A stretch of DNA of 63,871 nucleotides, counting the filler, from Octopus bimaculoides (taxonomy: Eukaryota): the NCBI RefSeq assembly GCF_001194135.2. It is 9 parts of 7 records of this genome, joined end to end, with 100 filler letters (N's around TTAATTAATTAA, not from the genome) between each part and the next. Parts side by side here need not be neighbours in the genome. Positions count along the whole stretch, not along the records: positions 1 to 13,824 come from NC_068983.1; 8 more parts are not named here. One strand, 5' to 3'. Position numbers and translations under genes: made by a program. The notes below the pieces were generated by a model. It was not told the DNA's origin and ran no database searches. It saw only the letters and a program-made list of their open reading frames with translations. Each line of letters begins with the position of its first letter. The stretch's first letter is position 1. This document shows positions 1 to 12,014 of the stretch, in pieces.

Positions 1-23
1 GTTCTCGAGTTTTAGGGAAACAC

Positions 24-66
<43 letters not shown>

Positions 67-336
67 CACATTCTCATTTTTATATATATAGATATACATA
101 AAGCGCCTGATATCAAAGGCCAAATATGACCTGGTCAAGTAGATACTTTCTATACTACTCTCCATCTAAATTCATTGCAAAGAAGTTAAGTGATAAGTGA
201 ACCACATACCTCTTTGTAAGAAACAGATATGCAAATGATCAAACTGTTTTTTTTTTAATGTAAACAAGAGGCAGATGTGTTGATGTGATATGGGAAGGAG
301 GGAGTGAGTGTGAGAGAGAGAGACAGTGAGGGGGAG

Positions 337-382
<46 letters not shown>

Positions 383-2395
383 AGGTTTAGGTTAATCACA
401 GGGACTATTGTTTATATTTCCTGAGCAACATATCCATCCATCGCAAGTCAACCTACTTTATTGACTATCCTTTTTCACCAAAAGGCTCTCAAGTACATTT
501 CTCTCATTAGATTCCTGTTGAGTATTTTACAGCAGCTGTCTCACTTCTATTTAACATACAAAGGCAGCGAGTTGACAGAGTCTTTAGCACAGAGGACAAT
601 ATGCTTTCTTCGAGTTCTTTACATTCTGAGTTCAAATTCAGCTGAGATCAACTTCGCTTTTCAAGCACCACTGAGAAGGCAATTTGGTGGTTTGCATATC
701 GATAACCAACATAGCTACATGTGAGCAATACAATAATCCCACACAATTAATAAGCTGCAGAGAAAAAAAATCCGACGGAAAGCTGTGGTAGTGTTCCTGT
801 GAATTCACTTAGACTATACGAACCAGTTCCTTTTTTGAGAAGAGCCATTTGACTCTAGTAATTATAATTCAACTGATGTGCATGTGGTTGGTAAAAGATT
901 GTGGCTGCTTCTGGTTTATATCACGATTTACCTCAATTTTTTTGCACGACAATTTACTTTCAATTTTTACTTCGAGAAACTTCATGTTAACCAAAACAAG
1001 TGTATTCGGAACGCCATTCGCAAAAGTTATCAGGTTACTGCTATGAGTGAAGCCCAATTGAAACATGTAATTATCACGTGCATGTTCTGTTTATCTACCT
1101 GTTTATCTATCTGTTTATCAACTTGCAGGAGATCACGCCACAAAGTCTGAACATCATCTCAAATGTTCTTGAAATTTGCGCACTTTTCTCTTGTGATAAA
1201 CATCCCCCGCGAAGATATAAGGGCAGCAGTTGAGAGCAGCCAGGGAACACATAACCCACTCCCCGTTACAGGCCAGCAAACTGAAGCAGAGCTTTCTCAA
1301 GATTCGGCGGACTCACAACTTTTTGTCTTTTGCTCCAAGATAACTAATGGCCGAGTAAACACAGTTAAAGATACGTTATTTCACTTCTCGCCACAAACAA
1401 GCCAAAAATGTGAGAAGATATCGGATAAACTCGAACCCCATGAGTCAGAGTAGCTATTCCAGTGCATCCCCCTCGCCATCATTCGGAGCAACGCCTTTTT
1501 CCATTTTGTCTGCTAGCACCATGCGGTGGCCTGGATTGCAGGAAATTGTACGTTCCACTCCTTAATGCAAAGTTACCCCATATAAACAACTTTGAACTAT
1601 CATCTGAGTGACAGGATTCAATCTATAAATTCACATCTCGATTTCCATTTAAGGCCAACTTGTTCCTGACTTTTCAATAAGCCTTTCATTAATGCTTGTA
1701 AAATTTAGGCACTATTAAAGTTGATCCCTATATCCCACGTCTCTTTATCAGTATCTAAAATTCTTTACACACACATTCGTCGGCTGTCCTTCATAGGTCG
1801 ACGTTGACTGTTCTGTTCAAGAACAATTCGTCTTGGACGGTAAGGCAGTTGGCGTCGCCACCCCCTCCACCAGACTGCAAGTGGTGTACAAGAATGCACC
1901 GAGCATAGTCGACGATGAGGCTACTCCGTAATAGTAGCTTACTTGCTAGTTAACGCCCACACTGTCTCCCTGGCAAAGGGGTTGCTAGCATTTGTCCAAA
2001 GTGCTATCCCAGTCTACAGACGGAAGGGACAACTTATTCCCCTTTTTTCGACCTGCCACTAATGTGCGTACCGGACCTGTCCGCTTTTTCGTTTCCAGCC
2101 TAATCTATCATAATCTATCATAATCTTACATCAAAGACTACAACGACCATAAAGATCAACCAAGGTAACTCTGCAATATAAGTGCCTGTTGTTGAGCACT
2201 GGGTTCATCGTAATCGACTTACTTTAGCCTCTAAAATTGCTAGACTTGAGCCAAACTTTGAACCCATTACACACACATAAATGGATCTATGTCGCTCGGC
2301 TTCGATTATGAGTTTTCAAATTAACGACACTTAACTTATAAGCAGCCGTAATTTTTCGGGCGGAACAGTGTAACAAAGAGTGTGGCCAGGGTGTA

Positions 2396-2452
<57 letters not shown>

Positions 2453-2455
<3 letters not shown>

Positions 2456-3488
2456 TAGTTTTATTTTTATAACGTGCTTTCACTTCACTACCGAGCGCAG
2501 CTCTGTGCGCCTTGGGTATGTGCTGTGGTTTGCTGTGGTGCTCTTATGTTTACTGTATTGAAAGTGTTTTGCGTAGAATGTGTGCAGTACCCAGTAGTGC
2601 AATTTTCTGTATGTTATATATATTTGTAAGTCCTGGTGTTTTTGTTATNNNNNNNNNNNNNNNNNNNNNNNNNNNNNNNNNNNNNNNNNNNNNNNNNNNN
2701 NNNNNNNNNNNNNNNNNNNNNNNNNNNNNNNNNNNNNNNNNNNNNNNNNNNNNNNNNNNNNNNNNNNNNNNNNNNNNNNNNNNNNNNNNNNNNNNNNNNN
2801 NNNNNNNNNNNNNNNNNNNNNNNNNNNNNNNNNNNNNNNNNNNNNNNNNNNNNNNNNNNNNNNNNNNNNNNNNNNNNNNNNNNNNNNNNNNNNNNNNNNN
2901 NNNNNNNNNNNNNNNNNNNNNNNNNNNNNNNNNNNNNNNNNNNNNNNNNNNNNNNNNNNNNNNNNNNNNNNNNNNNNNNNNNNNNNNNNNNNNNNNNNNN
3001 NNNNNNNNNNNNNNNNNNNNNNNNNNNNNNNNNNNNNNNNNNNNNNNNNNNNNNNNNNNNNNNNNNNNNNNNNNNNNNNNNNNNNNNNNNNNNNNNNNNN
3101 NNNNNNNNNNNNNNNNNNNNNNNNNNNNNNNNNNNNNNNNNNNNNNNNNNNNNNNNNNNNNNNNNNNNNNNNNNNNNNNNNNNNNNNNNNNNNNNNNNNN
3201 NNNNNNNNNNNNNNNNNNNNNNNNNNNNNNNNNNNNNNNNNNNNNNNNNNNNNNNNNNNNNNNNNNNNNNNNNNNNNNNNNNNNNNNNNNNNNNNNNNNN
3301 NNNNNNNNNNNNNNNNNNNNNNNNNNNNNNNNNNNNNNNNNNNNNNNNNNCCAGTATTTACCATGTAGGGGCTTTTCTTGCCATCGTTTTATCATGGTCC
3401 GTTGCTGTTCTAGTTTTAGTTTGGATTTCATTTGTTTTATAGCTTTTGTTGTTTCTTCTTCTTCTTCTTCTTCGTATTTGTTAGGTAG
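2453..3488 (-). mobile_element. 5'-truncated R4/Dong-like (RLE-type) non-LTR retrotransposon, central part in gap
   Basis: ORF ends MKSKLKLEQQRTMIKRWQEKPLHGKYW ... NIQKIALLGTAHILRKTLSIQ*, typical of the RLE-clade C-terminus. The 3'UTR ends in (AAT)n, and (AAT)n is also on the 5' side. Confidence 0.8.
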
Positions 3489-3554
<66 letters not shown>

Positions 3555-4299
3555 TTGCTATAGATAGAATCCATTCAACGAGCTGCTACATAATTTCGTA
3601 CCCCGGCAACACACACACACACGTCAGATAGCTTCATACATACATAAAAGCGCTTTCACACACATATGCACAAACACAAAATATATACCCACACACACAA
3701 TTTATCAACAACCCCATATATATACACCAACTGATAACAGGGACACGCACACTCGCTCACATACATACTGACACAAACACAGACAATATTCGCGCATAAA
3801 CACATAATACACACGCAAACAATGTCATACACACACCTTATGCACACACGCATACACACACACTTATACTCGACTGCCTTTTACACACATCCACCTAAAA
3901 ACAACACAAGAACATACACGCACACACGATACTTGCACAAAGTATACGCACACACATTAGCTGCTACACACATGCGTTTGCACATACATCTGATAACCTC
4001 CTAAACACATACGTTAGAGACAGGCTCACACTTCCACATATATACATACGTCGACACACACGCACACATAAATATACAGAGCACACACACGCACATCACT
4101 CCACACACGCGCATATACTTGTTTACTCACATACATACACACATGTACGCTCCAATACATACACATACACACTTTCACATAATCATCATAGTCACACATA
4201 TGCTTGCTCACATACGCATACACAAGCACATGTTATCCTCATATACACACACATGCTTACGTACGCACACTTTGGCAAGGTTGCTGTTGTCCCCCTTGC

Positions 4300-4700
4300 T
4301 ACCCTCGTTTCCGACCGATTCCTTTCTTCCGGTCAACTCAATGTATGCAAACGTTAATTCAGACATGTTTTTTTTTCTCTCTCTCTCCAGCTGTTTCTGT
4401 AGAAGAGCATAGGCTCGAAATGTCAAAGACTTCTTCCATTTTTCCTGAGCGTCAGACTAATACACCTTTGTTTGTTATTCCCCCCACTTGTCTCAGTCCT
4501 TTATTTTTTGTTTTTAACTTCACGTGACCGATCATCCGACAGTTATGATCACAACTCTCTGAAGAACGGTCTCGTGAAACTCGGAGTTACAGCTTGTGAA
4601 GAATTTCTCAGCTTTATAATAAAATAGTATATAACTCTGCCTTTGGTACTCGAGTGCTATTTTTTCATCTTGTTTTGTATCTAGTCTTACTTGTGCGCGC
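4300..4700 (+). mobile_element. Penelope-like element pseudo-LTR remnant with two hammerhead-like motifs
   Basis: Shares gaagagc.taggctcgaaa.gtcaaagact...gagcgtca.actaata with 7230-7307(-), 13696-13770, 16171-16270, 61316-61440 and 62224-62350. Confidence 0.65.
4553..4594 (+). ncRNA. Second-type hammerhead-like motif with intact CUGAAGA core
   Basis: aactct-CTGAAGA-ACG(gtct)CGT-GAAAC-tcgga-GTT-acagct. Stem II is perfect; stem I pairs 4 of 6. Confidence 0.4.
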
Positions 4701-4710
4701 ACGTATTATA

Positions 4711-4930
4711 TACGAAGGAGTACTGGAAAGTTCCTGGCTTTAAGAGTGTCGCGAAAGGCGTGGTTGGAGGCTCAACCTTCCAAGTTCTTTTACGAGGCTT
4801 AAAAACACTGAAGGACCGCTGCAATAAGTGTGTGAATCTGAGAGGGGAATGTGTTGAATAAAATCATAACCAACTGATCTTCTTGTGTTTTCTTTTACCC
4901 AAAGCCAGGAACTTTTCAGCAACCTTCGTA
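4711..4930 (+). mobile_element. Mariner-derived MITE
   Basis: ~30-bp TIRs (tacgaaggagtactggaaagttcctggcttt / aaagccaggaacttttcagcaaccttcgta), TA at both ends. Internal DRCNKCVNLRGECVE* resembles the mariner transposase C-terminus. Confidence 0.85.
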
Positions 4931-6146
4931 TGTATGTATGCATGCATGTATGTATGTATGTATGCATGCATGTATGTATGTATGTATGTATGTATGTATG
5001 TATGTATGTATGTATGTATGTATGTGTGAGCATGCGACCCATATTGGCACTGGATATCATGCTCTGGATCATGTCAATAAGGCGGCGAGGATCTGTGAGG
5101 TGTTGTGCAAGCCCTATTGCGCAGAGAATTTCAAGTTGCACAATCGACAGTGGGGCGACTTTCAGATGCCCGGTCGAGTAGGAGGGCACTGCGGTAACTG
5201 TGGAAGCCGCGGGCGCGAACCTAGGTGAAGACGACCTTGGTGCAATAACCTAATACACAGGTATTGCTGACGACATTTTGTAAGGGAAATGGTCAGTGAT
5301 GGGCTTCTTCGGTCACGGGCGGACAGCCGTTATCATATATATATATATATATGATAATAGCTGTCTGCTCGTGACATATATATATATATATATATATATA
5401 TGGGATCCGGACAAAAGCCCCCTAGGACAAAAGGCTCTCGGAGGAGCCCCACAGTTATAGTTTTCGGTTATTCTTCAAATGTTTTTATTTTCTAAAACTC
5501 TTTTTACTTGTTTAGTCAAATGTATCGACCCCAGAATCTTTTTTTTAGATGATTTTCAACCAGTACATGAAGTTAAGCCGACAAGGTCTCTCCACATACT
5601 ACAAATAAAAGCCAAATCTTAAAAAAAAAATTTTATAATTTCACGTAAACAAAAACGGAAATTGCGGTTGTAGAAAAAACTTTCATTTTCCAAACTTCCA
5701 ATTCTTAAGCAAACAAAATATATTCAATCGACAATAAATAAGTAGAATAGAATAACAGAAAACAAGATTCTTTACTACTCGATGTACATATTGTCTGAAT
5801 TCTAACAAAACGGAAAGCATTTACTTCAAGAAATGTATAGAAACATAAAAACGATAAGAAGTACCTTTGAATGACTAGCCTTCGGCACCATAATCCTATT
5901 AGAACTTGAACGGCCGGAGAAAGTTCAAAAGCTCAGCTCATTCTCATTAATCTGTAAGTGCTGAGAGAAGAAAACAAAAGACTTTAAATTTAAATTTTAA
6001 AATGCTAATTTTTCTGCGACTAAAAATTCTTCAAAGCGGTGCCCCAGCATGGCCAGTCTAATGACTGAAACAAGTAAAAGGTGAAAAAAAACCCAAAAAA
6101 AACGAAAAATATAACCAAGGCTTTTGTCTGTGAGGCGTTTGTCCTA

Positions 6147-6200
<54 letters not shown>

Positions 6201-7199
6201 CATCTGTGAGAGTTAGAAGTTGGGAAACCAACCAAGGGATAGTGCCTATCCAATATACTGCTGGTAGTGTACCCAAATGCTGGTTATTGCGTGGCAATCT
6301 CGCACTTGAGTGTCATATATGGGCGGGGTAAAAAGTGGTTTACCATTAATTTATACGGCAAATAAGAAAATGGAGAGGATACAAAACGACATACAACATC
6401 CGGTAGACATTGCAGAGTGTGTATTTATTCCAAAGCATTAGAAAGTATTAGAAGAAAGATATGTTAACATACTGACGCTCAGTGAAGAAACATCCTGTTG
6501 TATTGTAAGTGAAGTAGTTTATTTACTAGAAACGATTGACTGGAATTAACAGTGTAACTACACCCATGTTTGATATGTTATTGCATGTGTGTGTATAATC
6601 GTACGTCTGAACATACGCGCGCAAGTGTACGATCTGTAATAGAAGTTAAATTGGTGTCAGATAGAATTTCAAGTAATTTATATTAACTCTTCTGAAAAAT
6701 AGCTCTCACTGAGATTAGCAATAAGCCCTACCAAAATGATATACACTGCCTTCATCAGTTTTCGTATGTTGAAAGCAAAGACAATATTTCTTCTCTATGT
6801 CACAGAAGTTTTCTTCTGTGTTGCACGTGGTGGTATCAATCATTCGCTTGATGCAGTTGTTTGAAAACAGTTTTCTCTTTAGATCAGCAGTCTTCAAACT
6901 GACAAGTACCCGACTATATANNNNNNNNNNNNNNNNNNNNNNNNNNNNNNNNNNNNNNNNNNNNNNNNNNNNNNNNNNNNNNNNNNNNNNNNNNNNNNNN
7001 NNNNNNNNNNNNNNNNNNNNNNNNNNNNNNNNNNNNNNNNNNNNNNNNNNNNNNNNNNNNNNNNNNNNNNNNNNNNNNNNNNNNNNNNNNNNNNNNNNNN
7101 NNNNNNNNNNNNNNNNNNNNNNNNGTGTGCGCGCGCGTACGTGTAAATATATACGCTGGCATGTGTATATATATATATATAGTTGAAATTTACAGAAAA

Positions 7200-8075
7200 A
7201 CAAAAGACGAAGACAGGTGTATAAACAACAAGTAGGAGTATTAGTTTGATGCTCGGGAAAGTGAGAAAGTCTTTTACGTTTCGAGCCTACGCTCTTCAAC
7301 AGAAAGGAACACGATGAAATAAACAGAGAGAGAATAAAAAAGAACTTGTGGATTTAAATAGAGGCAGAAACATTTGGGGATGAGGTGGTGGTGAAGGCAG
7401 CGATTGAGAAAGGAAGCGTGGCTAGAGAACGGTGTTTTTTTAAAAATTAGTAAGGAAAGATTAATTGAAGGTTGAAAGCAGCGGAAAGAAAGTGTGGAAA
7501 GGTGTTTCTTTAGGCGGTGGTGAAGGTGGTGGAGGAAAGAGTTGTAATTGAGCATGCTTGAAGAAGGAGAAAAAAAGGAGAGAGAAAGGCAAAGTAATGA
7601 CGTATGGAGTACAGAAGCTAAAAAAATTCAAAAGGCGTGAGGAGAAGAAAAAAAGATAGAAAAAAAAAGAATAGAAAAAAGAAGAAAAGGAGAGAAAAGA
7701 AGAGAAGACGAAAAGGAAAGGAAAAGGAGAGAGAGAGGGGGCAAAGTAGCAACGTACGGAGTAAGAAAAAACAATAAGTTCAAAAAAGTTCAAAAGGGTT
7801 CAAACGTCGTGGTGTATTGGAACGATTTTTCATCAACGGAAGAGACCAGTGAGATCCATAATTATATCCAGTGGTAATATATCCAATGGTAATATATATA
7901 CATTCAGCGATAAAAATAAAAGATCCCAAACAAGTCGAAATAAATTAATCTGGTCTATCAAAGACAAAGACTATACTATCAACTGGAAATTAATTAGTAC
8001 TGCAAAACCATACAGACCTAGCATTAATAAATGTGACTTAAGTTTAGAGGAATTTTACCAAATTCTTACATCTTC
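7200..8075. mobile_element. Penelope-like remnant: inverted pseudo-LTR (-) followed by endonuclease C-terminus (+)
   Basis: Plus frame KLIWSIKDKDYTINWKLISTAKPYRPSINKCDLSLEE resembles the PLE GIY-YIG C-terminal region. The upstream minus-strand segment carries the pLTR/hammerhead signature. Confidence 0.6.
7270..7307 (-). ncRNA. Minimal hammerhead-like motif copy
   Basis: Reverse complement cctttCTGTTGAaGAGcgtaggCTCGAAACGTAaaaga: same architecture with a GUA site. Confidence 0.5.
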
Positions 8076-8583
8076 GTAGCGCAGTCTTTCCTGTTGTATT
8101 TGATGGGATAAAAATTAGCCCTTTCTCATCTTGTATGAGGAATACTGAATGTCTGTCTTCATGCACTACTTGCCTGATAAGAAACTCAAACACTCCCATG
8201 TCCCTGGCGATGGACCTGATTGACTTGGATGGATCTTTGTCAATCATAGTTATAAATTACTACTACTCGTATCCTTCTATTCTAATTTCCACCCCTAAAG
8301 TTTATATTACTTATCTCTTTTGGTTTTTTCATTATATTCCCCTTTAATTTGATAATCCAAATAAGTATTGGCCACCCCGATCATTCTTTCTACCATTTAT
8401 CACCCCTTTCCCATCAGGCATTCCTTTACTACTAACCCTACAACCTACACTTTTGTGTAGATAAAGCTAGATATATGGTTCCAGTACAATGAGAGACTAC
8501 TAGATTGTCTGACATGAATTGAACTAGAATTCAGTTGTCAACTCCCAATGGAGCTAATTCTAAATGGTTGAAGATTACATTCT
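8073..8583 (+). repeat. Local diverged duplicate of 9409-10348 lacking about 430 bp of its interior
   Basis: 8073-8248 matches 9409-9584 and 8248-8583 matches 10016-10348, with scattered substitutions. Confidence 0.85.
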
Positions 8584-8769
8584 AGACAGGAACAAGCTTT
8601 GAGATGCTTGCACAAGAGAAAATTCACCTTTTCTCAGTATACATGAGTAATAAACAGACTGTTTTGAAATAACGGGCTATAAGTGATTATCCAATCAAAA
8701 ATTGAATTGAAGATAGTTCGCGTCTAAATTACTCAAAAATGAAAATAACATTGATATCTAATTTTAACA

Positions 8770-9958
8770 GATATGTTTACCAAAATTACATCAACATATC
8801 ATCAACCACGGCCTCCAGATTACTTCGAATCTCTTGCAATTCTTCTGGACTGTCTCCTTGTTTAAGTTGGTGAATGCTGCCATAATCCTTGCCTTCAGTT
8901 TATCTTTGGTGTTACAAGGAGTTTTGTTGGTCTCTCGCTCAACTGCACCTCACACATGATAATCAAGTGGGTTACAGTCTGGAGAGTTAGGTGACCAGAT
9001 GTTAGGGGTAGTGTAGTAGCAGAAATTGTCTGATAGCCATGATTGGGTTGTCCTGCTTGTGTGGCATGGTGCAGAGTCCTGTTGCCAGACACAGGGTCTT
9101 CCAGCAGCCACCCTCTTGACCCAGGACAGTACTACCCCCTCCAGGCACTTGATGTAGGCCTACGTGTTGAGTCTGAGGTAATGTGGGAAGATGAATGAAG
9201 GCATTACGTCGCCATCACTAGTGATCACTCCAAACACCTTGATGTTGACTGGATGTTTGATTTTTATCACTCTCGATACATGTTTGGGGACACGACAAGC
9301 CAACATTTGTTCTGTGTGTTCACCATATGATCCTGGCAGAATTCTTTCTCCTCTGAGAAAATTCAAAGTATGTTCGGTTGGAAGGGATGCTTGAGTTTGT
9401 TGAAAAGCTTCGTAGCGCAGTCTTTCCTGTTGTATTTGATGGGATAAAAATTAGCCCTTTCTCATCTTGTATGAGGAATACCGAATGTCTGTCTTCATGC
9501 ACTACTTGCTTGATAAGAAACTCAAACACTCCCATGTTCCTGGCGATGGACCTGATTGACTTGGAGGGATCGTTGTCAATCATGGTTTGGATCTCACCAA
9601 CAAATTCAGGAGTTCTTTTCTTATCAGAATGATCAGAGAGAGTTTTTTGAGTTGTTGTACCTTCGTAATCACCATTAGACTCATCCAACTCTTTCTGAAC
9701 CCTCTGCGCTGTCTTTAGATCGACACCCAAACACTCTGAAATGTTCGTATTGGAGATTCTGGCGCGAATGCGAAGCAGTATGGTATGTCGTTTCCAAATT
9801 TCGGGCTGCGTGAATTGCGTCATGGTACTGTTTCTCTTACAAACGATGTCCAACTGACTCCACTATACTGTATAGTCGACAAAATCAAAAACAAATGATG
9901 CGCATGCACGAAATTAAAAATATAAAATGGCAACAATTTACCCATTACCCCCTGTATC
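8770..9958 (-). mobile_element. Degenerate Tc1/mariner (maT/DD37D-like) DNA transposon
   Basis: HTH-like MTQFTQPEIWKRH...DPSKSIRSIARNMGV, then HPVNIKVFGVITSDGDVMPSFIFP and frameshifted catalytic segments. TA-CAGGGGGTAATGGG 5' end near 9955. Confidence 0.85.
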
Positions 9959-12014
9959 TATGTATGTATGTATGTACGTATTATTAAGATGCAGTTGAAT
10001 TAGGTACTTAAACTGAGTTATAAATTACTACTACTCGTATCCTTATATTCTAATTTCCACCCCTAAAGTTTATATTACTTATCTCTTTTGGTTTTTTCAT
10101 TATATTCCCCTTTAATTTGATAATCCAAATAAGTATTGGCCACCCCGATCATTCTTTCTACCATTTATCACCCCTTTCCCATCAGGCATTCCTTTACTAC
10201 TAACCCTACAACCTACACTTTTGTGTAAAGCTAGATATATGGTTCCAGTACAATGAAAGACTACTAGATTGTCTGACATGAATTGAACTAGAATTCAGTT
10301 GTCAACTCCCAATGGAGTTAATTCTAAATGGTTGAAGACTACATTCTACATAAAGTCTTCTAAATATAAGTAACTAGATNNNNNNNNNNNNNNNNNNNNN
10401 NNNNNNNNNNNNNNNNNNNNNNNNNNNNNNNNNNNNNNNNNNNNNNNNNNNNNNNNNNNNNNNNNNNNNNNNNNNNNNNNNNNNNNNNNNNNNNNNNNNN
10501 NNNNNNNNNNNNNNNNNNNNNNNNNNNNNNNNNNNNNNNNNNNNNNNNNNNNNNNNNNNNNNNNNNNNNNNNNNNNNNNNNNNNNNNNNNNNNNNNNNNN
10601 NNNNNNNNNNNNNNNNNNNNNNNNNNNNNNNNNNNNNNNNNNNNNNNNNNNNNNNNNNNNNNNNNNNNNNNNNNNNNNNNNNNNNNNNNNNNNNNNNNNN
10701 NNNNNNNNNNNNNNNNNNNNNNNNNNNNNNNNNNNNNNNNNNNNNNNNNNNNNNNNNNNNNNNNNNNNNNNNNNNNNNNNNNNNNNNNNNNNNNNNNNNN
10801 NNNNNNNNNNNNNNNNNNNNNNNNNNNNNNNNNNNNNNNNNNNNNNNNNNNNNNNNNNNNNNNNNNNNNNNNNNNNNNNNNNNNNNNNNNNNNNNNNNNN
10901 NNNNNNNNNNNNNNNNNNNNNNNNNNNNNNNNNNNNNNNNNNNNNNNNNNNNNNNNNNNNNNNNNNNNNNNNNNNNNNNNNNNNNNNNNNNNNNNNNNNN
11001 NNNNNNNNNNNNNNNNNNNNNNNNNNNNNNNNNNNNNNNNNNNNNNNNNNNNNNNNNNNNNNNNNNNNNNNNNNNNNNNNNNNNNNNNNNNNNNNNNNNN
11101 NNNNNNNNNNNNNNNNNNNNNNNNNNNNNNNNNNNNNNNNNNNNNNNNNNNNNNNNNNNNNNNNNNNNNNNNNNNNNNNNNNNNNNNNNNNNNNNNNNNN
11201 NNNNNNNNNNNNNNNNNNNNNNNNNNNNNNNNNNNNNNNNNNNNNNNNNNNNNNNNNNTATATATACAGTGGGGGGAAATAAATATTCGTACATGTCAAA
11301 ATTCTTTATTTAATTTCTAATGAACATAATTGGAATATACCAATACTATATTTGCATACACATGCATAAACTAAGAATATGCAAAAGAAATAAATTATAG
11401 TAACTAATGAATCTATATACAATTATAAATATTTAGGGGTGAAACAACGTACTTAATTTATCGACACTCACATTTCTTAGCCTTCCCTTCATTCTCACTT
11501 TCCCTCCTCTTTTACCTCACTCTGTCCCTTTTCTTTTTTCTTTCTTTCTTGTCCCTCCCTGATTCTTCTATCCCTCTGCCTCTAACTCTCTCTTCTTCCA
11601 TGTGACCGATGTTCCGTCAAGCCCGACCTTTCTTTCTTGGTTCGACTACCATCCGTGTAACATCTATATTCCTTCCCATGACTTTAATCTCTTATGTCCA
11701 TGCCGTAAGGCATCACTTCCGCACACGCCAGCTTAATTTATTTCGTCCTTAGTTGAAAGACACCTATTGTTAATGTCCTGTTGTTTGTATTTGTATTTAT
11801 GTAACATTTCTCCGGTTTTTTCGTCCTTGTTTTCGTATACATTCGCTTGCTTTCTTCCAAGGAATGTAGTGCTATTAGCTTAGATTTTCTTGGGGCCGGC
11901 CAGATCGGAGCAGTCTCGAGTGTAACCGGCTGAAACTGCTGAGAAAATCTGGAACTTAAGATAGAAAACTCCGAATGACCCGTCCTTGTTTTTTCCTGTC
12001 CTTTTTTGTATCGT

